Assembly (NCBI GenBank): GCA_010028705.1
Contig: RHAI01000010.1
Coordinates: 5,506 to 37,505 of the forward strand
DNA: 32,000 nt
Reading direction: 5' to 3'
Source: a bacterium
GTDB taxonomy: Bacteria > Margulisbacteria > Marinamargulisbacteria > SXXA01
Shown here: in pieces, positions 8,686-17,457 of the stretch
Position numbering within the stretch: the first letter of the stretch is position 1
How the letters are laid out: every line of letters begins with the position of its first letter
Made by a program: the position numbers and the translations under genes
Notes under the pieces: generated by a model
What the model was told of the DNA's origin: nothing
Databases searched by the model: none
What the model saw: the letters and a program-made list of their open reading frames with translations, nothing else

Positions 8686-10929
8686 ATGAGTCTTTCTCAG
8701 TCGGATTTGGCGGCCATACGAGAGTTATTACAACGGGAACCCACGCCTGTTGAGTATTATATTTTTGACGCGATGTGGTCTGAACATTGCTCGTACAAAT
8801 CGAGTAAAGCGGTGCTTAAGGCTAACTTGCCAACGCAGGGGTCGGAAGTTGCACTTGGAATCGGGGAGGATTCGGGAATTATTCGATTCGTGAGGCATGA
8901 TGGCAAACAGTACTGTCTGGCGATATCACATGAATCGCACAATCATCCGAGTCAAATTTTGCCGATTGAAGGCGCGGCAACCGGTGTGGGAGGGGTGGTT
9001 CGAGATGTGTATTGCATGGGTGCCGATGTTATTGGGGTTCTCAATTCTCTACATTTCGGAATAAGTGACGATCCGCAATCGGTTGTGCATACGATTTCTA
9101 AGAATGTGGTGCTGGGGGTTTCGGACTACGCCAATCCGTTGGGTGTTCCTGTCTTGGGTGGGGAAACGGTGTATCATCCATCCTATAATGACAATTGCTT
9201 GGTAAACGTGGCTGCGATCGGATTGATCGAGGAATCAAAAATTATTCATAGCTACGTTCCCGATAATGCTCAAACAGAGCCATACGACATCATTTTATTT
9301 GGCAAAAGTACGGATGCAACTGGCTTTGGAGGCGCAAGTTTTTCGTCAGCGACCTTGGATAAGGAGAATGATGTTCAAAATGTCGGTGCAGTCCAGGTAC
9401 ATGACCCTTTCCTTAAACGGGTGTTAGTCGAGGCAATTAAAACATTACTTCGGGTGGTTGACGAAAAAAAGGTTCCGATCGGCTTTAAAGACCTTGGTGC
9501 GGGTGGTATTTGTTGTGCGACATCTGAAATTGCAGTCGGGGCGGGAATGGGGGTCGAAATCGACTTAGATAACGTCAACGTTGCATTAACGGACTTGAAA
9601 CCTGAGGTGATTGCATGTTCCGAGACGCAGGAGCGTTTTTGCTTGGCAGTGCCTCGTTGGTTTTCTGGTGAGGTACTTAAAATTTTTAACGACGAGTTTG
9701 CCCTCCCATCGATATACCCCAATGCGGGGGCGGCCGTGATTGGGCAGGTTATTCATGAGAATCGATATCTTGTTCGGCACCGGGGAGCGGTTGTCGCTGA
9801 CTTGCCAGTATCGGCTATTACCACCGAGGTAACTGCCAATCGGGTCGCCGCGCCTCGACCTATTTCTGCCGATGCTGTCGATCCTGCCCCATGGTCTATT
9901 GATCAACATCGTTCAGTTGCCGAGCGGTTAATGGGCCTCCCAAATATGATGTCCAAACGCTTCGTGTTTCGGCATTTTGATAACGCCGTTCGCGGTGATA
10001 CGGTGGTGTATCCCGGCGAGGCTGATTCAGTGTTGGTTACCCCCATTGAGGGGTGTCCGGCTGCGGTTGCCGTGAGTATGGATTCAAATTTATATGGCAA
10101 GTCGGATCCTTATGTGAGCGGCGCCTATGCCGTAGCTGAAGCGGTTCGTAATGTAATTGCGGTGGGCGGCCGACCCTTATGTGTCACCGATTGCTTGAAT
10201 TTTGGAAACCCTGAAAACCCAGATGCATTTTTTGAATTTTGCGAAAGTGTTCGCGGCATTGGAGATGCCTCTCGAGCGTTTGGATTTATACCCAACGAGC
10301 CTCTACCGGTAATATCTGGGAACGTTAGCCTTTATAACGAATCCAAGACGGGAAGCGCGGTTATCCCATCGCCTGTTATTGTCGTCATTGGCCGAGTCGA
10401 TGATTATCGGAAAGCCACGGTGATGTCGTTCCCAGCCTCGGGGCTAAATGTGATTCGAGTGGGTAAAATGTACCCGGAATTTGGTGGTACACAAATTCAA
10501 AATTTGGTCACTGGTTTAAACGACGTTGCTCCCCAGGTTCGGTTTGATCCCGAGTCTCGCTCAAATATGGCGATATTTGCTGCGATCGACCAGTCCCTGG
10601 TGGCTGCGGCACACGATATTTCTGGAGGCGGAACCCTCGGGTGTATTTTTGAGATGTGTTTTGGATTATTAGGTAACGACGCCTTTGGCGCGACTTTATC
10701 TGTCCGGGGTAATGCAGTGACTGAATTGTACGCTGAAAATGGGGGCTATATTGTGGCCGTTCATCCGGACAACCTAGACCAATTTGAACAATTAATGATG
10801 TCTCACGGTGTGGAGTGGACGCATTTAGGAGAAACAACGGATGCCCAATCGGTGGATCTCACAACTGACGACGGCCAGTTTGTTATTAATCTGTCCAGCA
10901 TTCGTGACGTGTGGAATCCTGAACTATGA
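8686..10929 (+). CDS. purL: phosphoribosylformylglycinamidine synthase subunit PurL
   Basis: N-terminal EYYIFDAMWSEHCSYKSSK and SHESHNHPS motifs, duplicated AIR-synthase-like domains, size typical of small-type PurL. The ORF track begins at a TTG (8656). ATG 8686 preceded by AAAGGA is the more likely start. Confidence 0.92.
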   Translation: MSLSQSDLAAIRELLQREPTPVEYYIFDAMWSEHCSYKSSKAVLKANLPTQGSEVALGIGEDSGIIRFVRHDGKQYCLAISHESHNHPSQILPIEGAATGVGGVVRDVYCMGADVIGVLNSLHFGISDDPQSVVHTISKNVVLGVSDYANPLGVPVLGGETVYHPSYNDNCLVNVAAIGLIEESKIIHSYVPDNAQTEPYDIILFGKSTDATGFGGASFSSATLDKENDVQNVGAVQVHDPFLKRVLVEAIKTLLRVVDEKKVPIGFKDLGAGGICCATSEIAVGAGMGVEIDLDNVNVALTDLKPEVIACSETQERFCLAVPRWFSGEVLKIFNDEFALPSIYPNAGAAVIGQVIHENRYLVRHRGAVVADLPVSAITTEVTANRVAAPRPISADAVDPAPWSIDQHRSVAERLMGLPNMMSKRFVFRHFDNAVRGDTVVYPGEADSVLVTPIEGCPAAVAVSMDSNLYGKSDPYVSGAYAVAEAVRNVIAVGGRPLCVTDCLNFGNPENPDAFFEFCESVRGIGDASRAFGFIPNEPLPVISGNVSLYNESKTGSAVIPSPVIVVIGRVDDYRKATVMSFPASGLNVIRVGKMYPEFGGTQIQNLVTGLNDVAPQVRFDPESRSNMAIFAAIDQSLVAAAHDISGGGTLGCIFEMCFGLLGNDAFGATLSVRGNAVTELYAENGGYIVAVHPDNLDQFEQLMMSHGVEWTHLGETTDAQSVDLTTDDGQFVINLSSIRDVWNPEL

Positions 10930-11873
10930 TCGCTGTCCTGCGGGCTGTAGGAATCTTTCTCGTTAGTGCGACACTCTGTGCAGGGCTTTCGGCGGCGGAC
11001 CCGGTGGACGGTCGAAAAATAATTCAGCCGAGAGATGAGCTCGAATTACGCTTTAAAGATGGATTGCAATTGGAACAATCTCGCTTATTTGCTCAGTCAA
11101 AAATTCAGTATTCTGAAATTATTCGGCAGTACATTCGTGCATCGGATGCCGGCCGATCGAAAGAAATCCTAGCATCTCAATTGCCCGTGATTTTAGCCAG
11201 CTCCTATCGATTAGTTATCGTTACGGCACGTGATAATTACTCTAATCCCCATCCATTGGTCGTTCAATTGGATTCATTTCAAGATGCTCAAACCTTAATT
11301 GATCGCGTCTTTACGATTGTAGGGGACCTTCGCAAATTGGGGCTTGTGCATCGGCCGGTATATGAGACGTTATATTTTTCACGAGCCATCAATCGATTGG
11401 CATGGGCCAACAAATTATTACTGGGTGCGGCTTGGAAAAATTACTTAATTTGTCCTCCAGCCGACATTGTCGGAATGGTTTACTTGGCCCAGACTGATTT
11501 GGAACAAGTGCTTACGTTTCAAGATCTGCCGATCAATAGCAAGGCATTAATCGGCGGCAAATCGTCTGACTTGGGGCAGATTCTCTCGGATAGATTTTTA
11601 GAAAAATATAAAGCAATGGGAAAAGATTCCGCCGAAGTGAGGGCGGTGAGGCTGATGAATTCAGAGGATGATTTAGTACTTACATCGCGAGTTATGGCTC
11701 GACGGACCTCATCTCAAATTTACGATACATTGGAATTTTTAGACCTTCCGGACACCCAACGCATACTGGCCGCCGGTAAATCGAGTTATTCGCTGGATCG
11801 ATTGCTATCGAAAGAGTCTGAACCACTATTTAAAACACTGGATCATCTGGTGGGACTGGTCGGTATTTTTTAG
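10926..11873 (+). CDS. hypothetical secreted, mostly helical protein
   Basis: 315 aa with a Sec-type signal peptide (MIAVLRAVGIFLVSATLCAGLSAA/DP). ATGA overlap with the purL stop. I recognise no family motif. Confidence 0.6.
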   Translation: MIAVLRAVGIFLVSATLCAGLSAADPVDGRKIIQPRDELELRFKDGLQLEQSRLFAQSKIQYSEIIRQYIRASDAGRSKEILASQLPVILASSYRLVIVTARDNYSNPHPLVVQLDSFQDAQTLIDRVFTIVGDLRKLGLVHRPVYETLYFSRAINRLAWANKLLLGAAWKNYLICPPADIVGMVYLAQTDLEQVLTFQDLPINSKALIGGKSSDLGQILSDRFLEKYKAMGKDSAEVRAVRLMNSEDDLVLTSRVMARRTSSQIYDTLEFLDLPDTQRILAAGKSSYSLDRLLSKESEPLFKTLDHLVGLVGIF

Positions 11874-11894
11874 GTTGAGGCGCATTCAGGCACG

Positions 11895-13958
11895 ATGAAT
11901 TCTACCTTGGGGGACCCCATTCGAGTGGATGATTATACGCGGCGACAGCTGCTTCGGTTGGGTATCGAACGAGTGTCTGACGCGTTATATTATTTTCCTC
12001 GCTCCTATCAAGATCGGCGCAATATCCCCTTGATTTCGATGCTGGTACCGACACAGTCTCAGTTTGCGACCGGCGCGATTGAGGCCGTCCAAGAAGAAAT
12101 CGCCAAAAATCGATTGTCGATAATCAAAGTACAGATTCGGGATTCGAGTGGTCGACTGGAACTGGTGTTTTTTAATCAGGCATATTTGATTAAGATTCTA
12201 AAAGTGGGTCTATGGGTCGTGGTCTCCGGTAAATTAGATGTACAACCATTCACTGGGACACGGCAATTTATCGTGGCGGAGTTGGATGTCATTCGTAATG
12301 AATCGGATCGGTTAAGCTCGGTGGGTTGTATTGTTCCCATTTACGGCTTAACCCAAGGGGTGTATCAATCGGTTGTTCGGTCGGCAATTGCGAATATCCT
12401 CGCGAAGGTTGACCACCACATCCCAGACCATCTTCCTCAAACCGTACGGGACCGACTTAATCTTATGCCGTTGAGTCAGGCAATAATAGAGCTTCATCGT
12501 CCGTCTCGACCTGAAATGGCGTCAGCTGCCCGTCAACGTATTGTTTTTGATGAATTTTTGAGATTTCAAATGGGTATGGTTGAAAAACGTCAAGTGGCTC
12601 GACGCGAAGTCAGCTCTGTGCATTTGTCGGGCCAGAATGAGTTGACAGCTGCGTATATTAACCAATTGGCGTATCGGTTAACTGACGCGCAATCTCGAGC
12701 TATTCGGGAGTTAGTGAGTGATGTGACGAGCGGATATCGAATGAACCGATTGCTCCAAGGCGATGTCGGAAGTGGGAAAACCGACGTGATTGCGGTCGCT
12801 TTGTTAATGGCGGTTGGCTCGGGCTATCAGGCGGCTGTTATGGTCCCGACGGAAGTTTTGGCTGAGCAGCATTTTCGGCGGTTTTGTGGGCAACTTTCGG
12901 CGATAAATGTTGAGGTCTTTTTGCTGAAGGGGGGGCAGCGAAGTAAAGAACGTCGAAACGTATTGGAGAAATTAGCAACGGGGGATCCATTGGTTGTTGT
13001 TGGCACCCACGCGTTAATCGAAGACGCTGTGGTCATTCCCCGATTGGGGATGGTTGTGGTGGATGAACAGCATCGATTTGGCGTTGTTCAGCGGATGAAA
13101 TTGCAGCAGAAATCAACGGCCCCACATTGTCTGTATACGACCGCTACGCCTATTCCTAGGTCATTTATGTTGAGTGTGTTTGGTGAACTTGAAAAAACAA
13201 TTATTGATGAGATGCCGCCGGGGCGTTTGCCGGCAGACACACAGTATTTCCCGCTCAGTAGTCAGCGAGATGTGTGGAATTTATGTCGATACCAATTACA
13301 ACTTGGTCGGCAAATATATGTCGTTTATCCATTAGTTGATGAATCTGAGAAAACTGATTTGCAGTCGGCGATTCAAGGATTTGAATTGCTAAAAGGTATG
13401 TTTGATGACGTCGAGGTAGGGTTGGTTCATGGTCGAATGACTGGGAACGACAAAAACGATCGCATGACACGCTTTAAGCAAGGTGTAATAAAAATTCTGG
13501 TGTCGACGACAGTCATTGAGGTGGGAATCGACGTTCCCAACGCGTCAGTCATGATTATAGTCAATGCGGAACGTTTTGGATTATCTCAGTTACACCAATT
13601 GAGGGGGCGAGTGGGTCGTGGCGCGTACAAAAGCTATTGTATTCTCCTTGGTGAAAAAACGACAAAAATGGCACGAGAACGAATTAACGCAATGGTGACT
13701 ACACATGATGGGTTTAAGTTAGCCGAGCTGGATTTGAAATTGCGAGGGCCTGGTGAAATATTGGGAACGAAACAATCGGGGTTGCCGGAGTTTAAGCTGG
13801 GAGATCTTGTTAATGACGAGCCATTGTTGCATTTGGCCTATCGTGTCGCTCGGAAAATTTTTGAACAGGATCCGGAATTGTCCGCGTCTGACCATCAGCC
13901 ACTCGCACAGTGGTTTCGCCGGTATCAATCGTTTTCGCCTGAGGAGGTATTAAACTAA
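11895..13958 (+). CDS. recG: ATP-dependent DNA helicase RecG
   Basis: 687 aa with N-terminal YYFPRSYQDRR, Walker A GDVGSGKT, the DEQHRFGV box and QLHQLRGRVGRG motif VI. Confidence 0.92.
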   Translation: MNSTLGDPIRVDDYTRRQLLRLGIERVSDALYYFPRSYQDRRNIPLISMLVPTQSQFATGAIEAVQEEIAKNRLSIIKVQIRDSSGRLELVFFNQAYLIKILKVGLWVVVSGKLDVQPFTGTRQFIVAELDVIRNESDRLSSVGCIVPIYGLTQGVYQSVVRSAIANILAKVDHHIPDHLPQTVRDRLNLMPLSQAIIELHRPSRPEMASAARQRIVFDEFLRFQMGMVEKRQVARREVSSVHLSGQNELTAAYINQLAYRLTDAQSRAIRELVSDVTSGYRMNRLLQGDVGSGKTDVIAVALLMAVGSGYQAAVMVPTEVLAEQHFRRFCGQLSAINVEVFLLKGGQRSKERRNVLEKLATGDPLVVVGTHALIEDAVVIPRLGMVVVDEQHRFGVVQRMKLQQKSTAPHCLYTTATPIPRSFMLSVFGELEKTIIDEMPPGRLPADTQYFPLSSQRDVWNLCRYQLQLGRQIYVVYPLVDESEKTDLQSAIQGFELLKGMFDDVEVGLVHGRMTGNDKNDRMTRFKQGVIKILVSTTVIEVGIDVPNASVMIIVNAERFGLSQLHQLRGRVGRGAYKSYCILLGEKTTKMARERINAMVTTHDGFKLAELDLKLRGPGEILGTKQSGLPEFKLGDLVNDEPLLHLAYRVARKIFEQDPELSASDHQPLAQWFRRYQSFSPEEVLN

Positions 13959-14530
13959 TGCGTATTACATCGGGTTTATTTAAGGGCTACCCGTTGGTCT
14001 ATCCCAAAACAAAATCATTTCGGCCGACTCAGGAAAAAGTGCGGTCTGCGGTATTTGACTCGATTCGTAATGAATTGAATGGCGCTCATTTTTTGGACTT
14101 ATGTTGCGGAACTGGTGCGATAGGATTTGAGGCCCTGTCCCGAGGGGCAAATCATATTACTCTGGTCGATATTGATATCCATTTTGCTGGACGAAATCGC
14201 GATGCCCTACTGGCCCGCGTTCCAGATTCGGACCGTGAGGGTATATCTAAAAAAATTACGTTGATTCGTTCAAACGTTCGGGATTATGCCCGTCGATGGC
14301 GGACCCACTTCGATGTTGTATTTGTTGATCCGCCATGGGACCGTGATGATATCTACAGGGACGTAGTTGATCTTGTCGACGGGTCGGATATGCTACGGCC
14401 TGACGGAATCCTTGTCTGTGAACACCGATGTCGACGTCCGGTCCCAATTCCTGAAACGTTGTCATTAGTGTCTCATTATTCATATGGACAAACTGAAATT
14501 TCGATTATTTCCAGAAAGGAGTCGGTATGA
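13958..14530 (+). CDS. rsmD: 16S rRNA (guanine966-N2)-methyltransferase RsmD
   Basis: 190 aa with MRITSG..KG, RPT..KVR.A.F, the SAM motif LDLCCGTGAIGFEALSRGA, and catalytic VDPPW. TAATG overlap with recG. Confidence 0.85.
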   Translation: MRITSGLFKGYPLVYPKTKSFRPTQEKVRSAVFDSIRNELNGAHFLDLCCGTGAIGFEALSRGANHITLVDIDIHFAGRNRDALLARVPDSDREGISKKITLIRSNVRDYARRWRTHFDVVFVDPPWDRDDIYRDVVDLVDGSDMLRPDGILVCEHRCRRPVPIPETLSLVSHYSYGQTEISIISRKESV

Positions 14531-15006
14531 AAACGGCTATTTACCCGGGGAGTTTTGATCCAATTACCAACGGACATATCGACGTCATTTCTCGGGCCCT
14601 CGCTATTTTTGACCGTGTTGTCGTGGGTGTTATTCATAATCCCTCAAAAGCCCCATTATTTGAGCTCAATGAGCGAATGGCTATGATTCAAGAGTTGTTT
14701 GTTCACGAACCCCGGCTCAGCGTAAATACCTTTAATGGCTTGTTAATTGATTTTGCTAAAGAGCAGAATGTTTTTAATATTATTCGTGGGCTTCGGGCGG
14801 TGTCAGATTTCGATTATGAGTTCCAAATGGCGATTACCAATCGACACTTAAGTCCTCAGTTGGATACTATTTTTTTAATGACCGATGTAACCTATTCTTA
14901 TTTAAGCTCTAGTTTGGTAAAACAAGTTGCAAAATACGGTGGCGATGTATCTACTTTTGTTCCCCTGTTAGTAGAGTCGCATTTGAAGGACAAATTAAAT
15001 GAATGA
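14527..15006 (+). CDS. coaD: phosphopantetheine adenylyltransferase
   Basis: 159 aa. AIYPGSFDPITNGHIDVI is the canonical (T/H)xGH nucleotidyltransferase motif, followed by IIRGLRAVSDFDYE. ATGA overlap with rsmD. Confidence 0.93.
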   Translation: MKTAIYPGSFDPITNGHIDVISRALAIFDRVVVGVIHNPSKAPLFELNERMAMIQELFVHEPRLSVNTFNGLLIDFAKEQNVFNIIRGLRAVSDFDYEFQMAITNRHLSPQLDTIFLMTDVTYSYLSSSLVKQVAKYGGDVSTFVPLLVESHLKDKLNE

Positions 15007-15433
15007 AATATTGGGCATCATCGATTCGATTGAAGCTACGGTTCTCGACGGGAAAAAAGTGCCGTTTTCGGACAAGGTACTAATGGACGAGAAGCGCCTT
15101 CTCAATTTATTGGATAAATTGAGATATGTGATAAAAAACGATCCCGAATCGATTCGGCGGTCGATCGAGACGGGTACAATGACACCATCGACGCCAGCCC
15201 CGACGCCAGTTGTTATTGAGACTCCAGTGGCGATACATCCGGATGTGTTGCGTCAGGCTGATGACGAAAGTCAACGCCTTCGCAGAAATGCCGACGAATA
15301 TGCGGACAATGTACTCGCCCATCTTCAAATGCTTGTAACTCGCGCGCAAAAGAATTTGATCAAGCTGGAGCAAAGTATTGATTCTGGGAGACAAAATCTT
15401 GAAAACCGTCGCGCTGAAAAGGAGCTAGGATGA
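14999..15433 (+). CDS. hypothetical coiled-coil protein with a central Pro/Thr-rich linker
   Basis: 144 aa. Start overlaps the coaD stop by 8 nt and the stop overlaps the rph start (ATGA). The N-terminal pattern (IIDSIEATVLDGKKVPFSDKVLMDEKRLLNLLDKLR) resembles, from memory, a conserved small protein often mislabelled 'ATPase' next to coaD in Firmicutes. Not verified. Confidence 0.6.
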   Translation: MNEILGIIDSIEATVLDGKKVPFSDKVLMDEKRLLNLLDKLRYVIKNDPESIRRSIETGTMTPSTPAPTPVVIETPVAIHPDVLRQADDESQRLRRNADEYADNVLAHLQMLVTRAQKNLIKLEQSIDSGRQNLENRRAEKELG

Positions 15434-16152
15434 CACCACGGTTAGACGGGCGAGCATGTCACGAGGCCCGATCAATTAGTGTCGTCAAACATTTTACCAA
15501 ATACGCGGCCGGTTCAGTTTTGATTTCATGTGGGGATACGAGGGTGCTATGTACCGCATCAATCGAGGAAAAAGTGCCCCATTTTCTAAAGGATTCTGGG
15601 CAGGGGTGGTTAACCGCCGAATATTCCCTATTGCCATCCTCGACATTAACGCGAGTGCCTCGGGAGATTAATAAAGGGAAACCGACAGGGCGTACGAGCG
15701 AAATTCAGCGTATTATTGGGCGTAGTTTACGGGCGGCAGTGGATCTGAAGCGTCTGGGGGAGCGTACGATTCATATCGATTGCGATGTGTTACAAGCCGA
15801 TGGGGGAACTCGGACGACATCCGTTACGGGCGCCATGATTGCATTGTCAGATGCGATTCAGTCCTTGATCGTCAATGGCGATCTGAGGCAAACCCCGATT
15901 GTTGGGATTGTTTCTGCGATTAGTGTTGGCATTGTTAATGGGGATGTGATGTGTGATTTGAACTATTCTGAAGATTCTAGAGCCGATGTGGATATGAATG
16001 TTGTCATGTTGAATGCGGAGACTTTTGTTGAAATCCAGGGAACCGCCGAAAACCGACCGTACACGCGGGCTCAGTTAGACGGTATGCTGGGCGTGGCTCA
16101 GGATGCATTAACAACCACTAACGCCATCATTCAGCCTCTGTTATCGATTTAA
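15430..16152 (+). CDS. rph: ribonuclease PH
   Basis: 240 aa with GSVLISCGDTRVLC, GRTSEIQRIIGRSLRA and DCDVLQADGGTRT. Confidence 0.93.
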   Translation: MTPRLDGRACHEARSISVVKHFTKYAAGSVLISCGDTRVLCTASIEEKVPHFLKDSGQGWLTAEYSLLPSSTLTRVPREINKGKPTGRTSEIQRIIGRSLRAAVDLKRLGERTIHIDCDVLQADGGTRTTSVTGAMIALSDAIQSLIVNGDLRQTPIVGIVSAISVGIVNGDVMCDLNYSEDSRADVDMNVVMLNAETFVEIQGTAENRPYTRAQLDGMLGVAQDALTTTNAIIQPLLSI

Positions 16153-17063
16153 TGCGTCGCCAGTTGTTGTGGGGTGGGGCAGGGGTTGTTTTGGGAATGA
16201 CGATTGTGCTGATCGTGGGATGGGCGCCTGTACATCCCTTCCCCGTGCTAAACCGTATCGATGTGTTGGTCAGAACTGAATATGTCAATCCGTCGATTAA
16301 CCGGGAACGGTTAGAGGCTGGGGCGATTCGTGGATATTTGGACGCGATTAACGATCCGTATACTCGATGGATTGACGCTAATACATTTCGGCATATAAAA
16401 CGTCGAATGTCTGGCCAGGACGATTCGGCGACGCCGACATCGACTGTTACTGCGATGAAATTAATCCATTCTACTGGCTATATACGGATTGGTGCGTTTG
16501 ACAGTATATCTGGGGCCCATGATGTTGAAGTTTCGGTTAAGGCGTTAACGCAGCAGGGAGCCCAAGCGTTAATTGTGGATGTTCGAAACAACTCGGGGGG
16601 GCTTTACATGACGGCAGCAAATGTTGCTCGGTTATTTTTGCAGACTGGAGTGGTTGTGCAAATGATAAATCGGTCCGGAAAAATATCGATTGAGCGGGTA
16701 AGATCTCCTGGAAAATTTGTCACGATTCCAATGGTGGTACTCGTGAATGACCGTTCGGCTTCCGCGGCGGAGATATTTGCGGCGGCAATTCAGGAAAACG
16801 GGCGGGGTAAAATTGTGGGTAATCCAACCTACGGTAAGGCGGCGATGCAACGATTATTTCCACTGCCTGGAGGATCGGCTTTAATGCTGACTACCGCACG
16901 ATATTTGACTCCGGGTGGGAGAGATATTTCCAAAGTGGGGATCATACCGAACAATATGGTAGCTAAATTGGTGGATTCGGATGTCAATGGCGAGGATCCC
17001 CAGTTGGAGATCGCGATTCGCCTATTGGGAGGGATAGGTGACGGCTTGGGGTCGGTTCGTTAA
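16152..17063 (+). CDS. S41 family C-terminal processing peptidase, apparently lacking a PDZ domain
   Basis: 303 aa with an N-terminal TM helix. The S41 core is VDVRNNSGG, then VLVNDRSASAAEIFAAAIQENGRGKIVGNPTYGK (Ser/Lys dyad context). TAATG overlap with rph. Confidence 0.82.
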   Translation: MRRQLLWGGAGVVLGMTIVLIVGWAPVHPFPVLNRIDVLVRTEYVNPSINRERLEAGAIRGYLDAINDPYTRWIDANTFRHIKRRMSGQDDSATPTSTVTAMKLIHSTGYIRIGAFDSISGAHDVEVSVKALTQQGAQALIVDVRNNSGGLYMTAANVARLFLQTGVVVQMINRSGKISIERVRSPGKFVTIPMVVLVNDRSASAAEIFAAAIQENGRGKIVGNPTYGKAAMQRLFPLPGGSALMLTTARYLTPGGRDISKVGIIPNNMVAKLVDSDVNGEDPQLEIAIRLLGGIGDGLGSVR

Positions 17064-17082
17064 CACGGCGTGAGTGTAAACC

Positions 17083-17457
17083 TTATGTGGTGGGTCCGGA
17101 GGGTTTCCCACGTTTAGATTTGGCCATTTTATCGAGCTGATATACAAAAGCTAAAACTTCAGCAACCAACGTGTAAAGCTCGGCAGGTATCTCAGAATTG
17201 AGGTCAAGTTTAGCTAGCAAGTCCGTCAGCGTTTCGTCTTCAAAAAACGGAATTCGATTTTCTTCCGCAAGTTCAAGTATTTTTTCAGCGACAGTTGCTT
17301 TGCCCGTAGCGACAATTTTGGGCGCTTTGTCTTTTCCTACCTGATATTTGATTGCAATCGCTTTGAGGTCTTTTTTCTCGGGAAGTTGCAATTCGTCAAG
17401 GTGACGTTTTAATTTGCGAGCTTTTTTATTTAAAAGGGATTGCGGTATTTTTTTCAT
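17083..17457 (-). CDS. stand-alone FlhB C-terminal-fragment-like protein (YlqH-type, EscU/YscU/HrcU family)
   Basis: 124 aa. AIAIKYQVGKDKAPKIVATGKATVAEKILELAEENRIPFFEDETLTDLL....IPAELYTLVAEVLAFVYQL matches the part of FlhB downstream of the autocleavage site. No NPTH motif and no TM domain are present. Start overlaps the upstream gene stop by 4 nt. Confidence 0.8.
   Translation of the reverse strand: MKKIPQSLLNKKARKLKRHLDELQLPEKKDLKAIAIKYQVGKDKAPKIVATGKATVAEKILELAEENRIPFFEDETLTDLLAKLDLNSEIPAELYTLVAEVLAFVYQLDKMAKSKRGKPSGPTT

Noticed and set aside
9375-9909. Two overlapping minus-strand ORFs (115 and 107 aa)
   Set aside because: They are antisense to purL, with biased Arg/Ser/Pro composition and no recognisable motifs. 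These are shadow ORFs.
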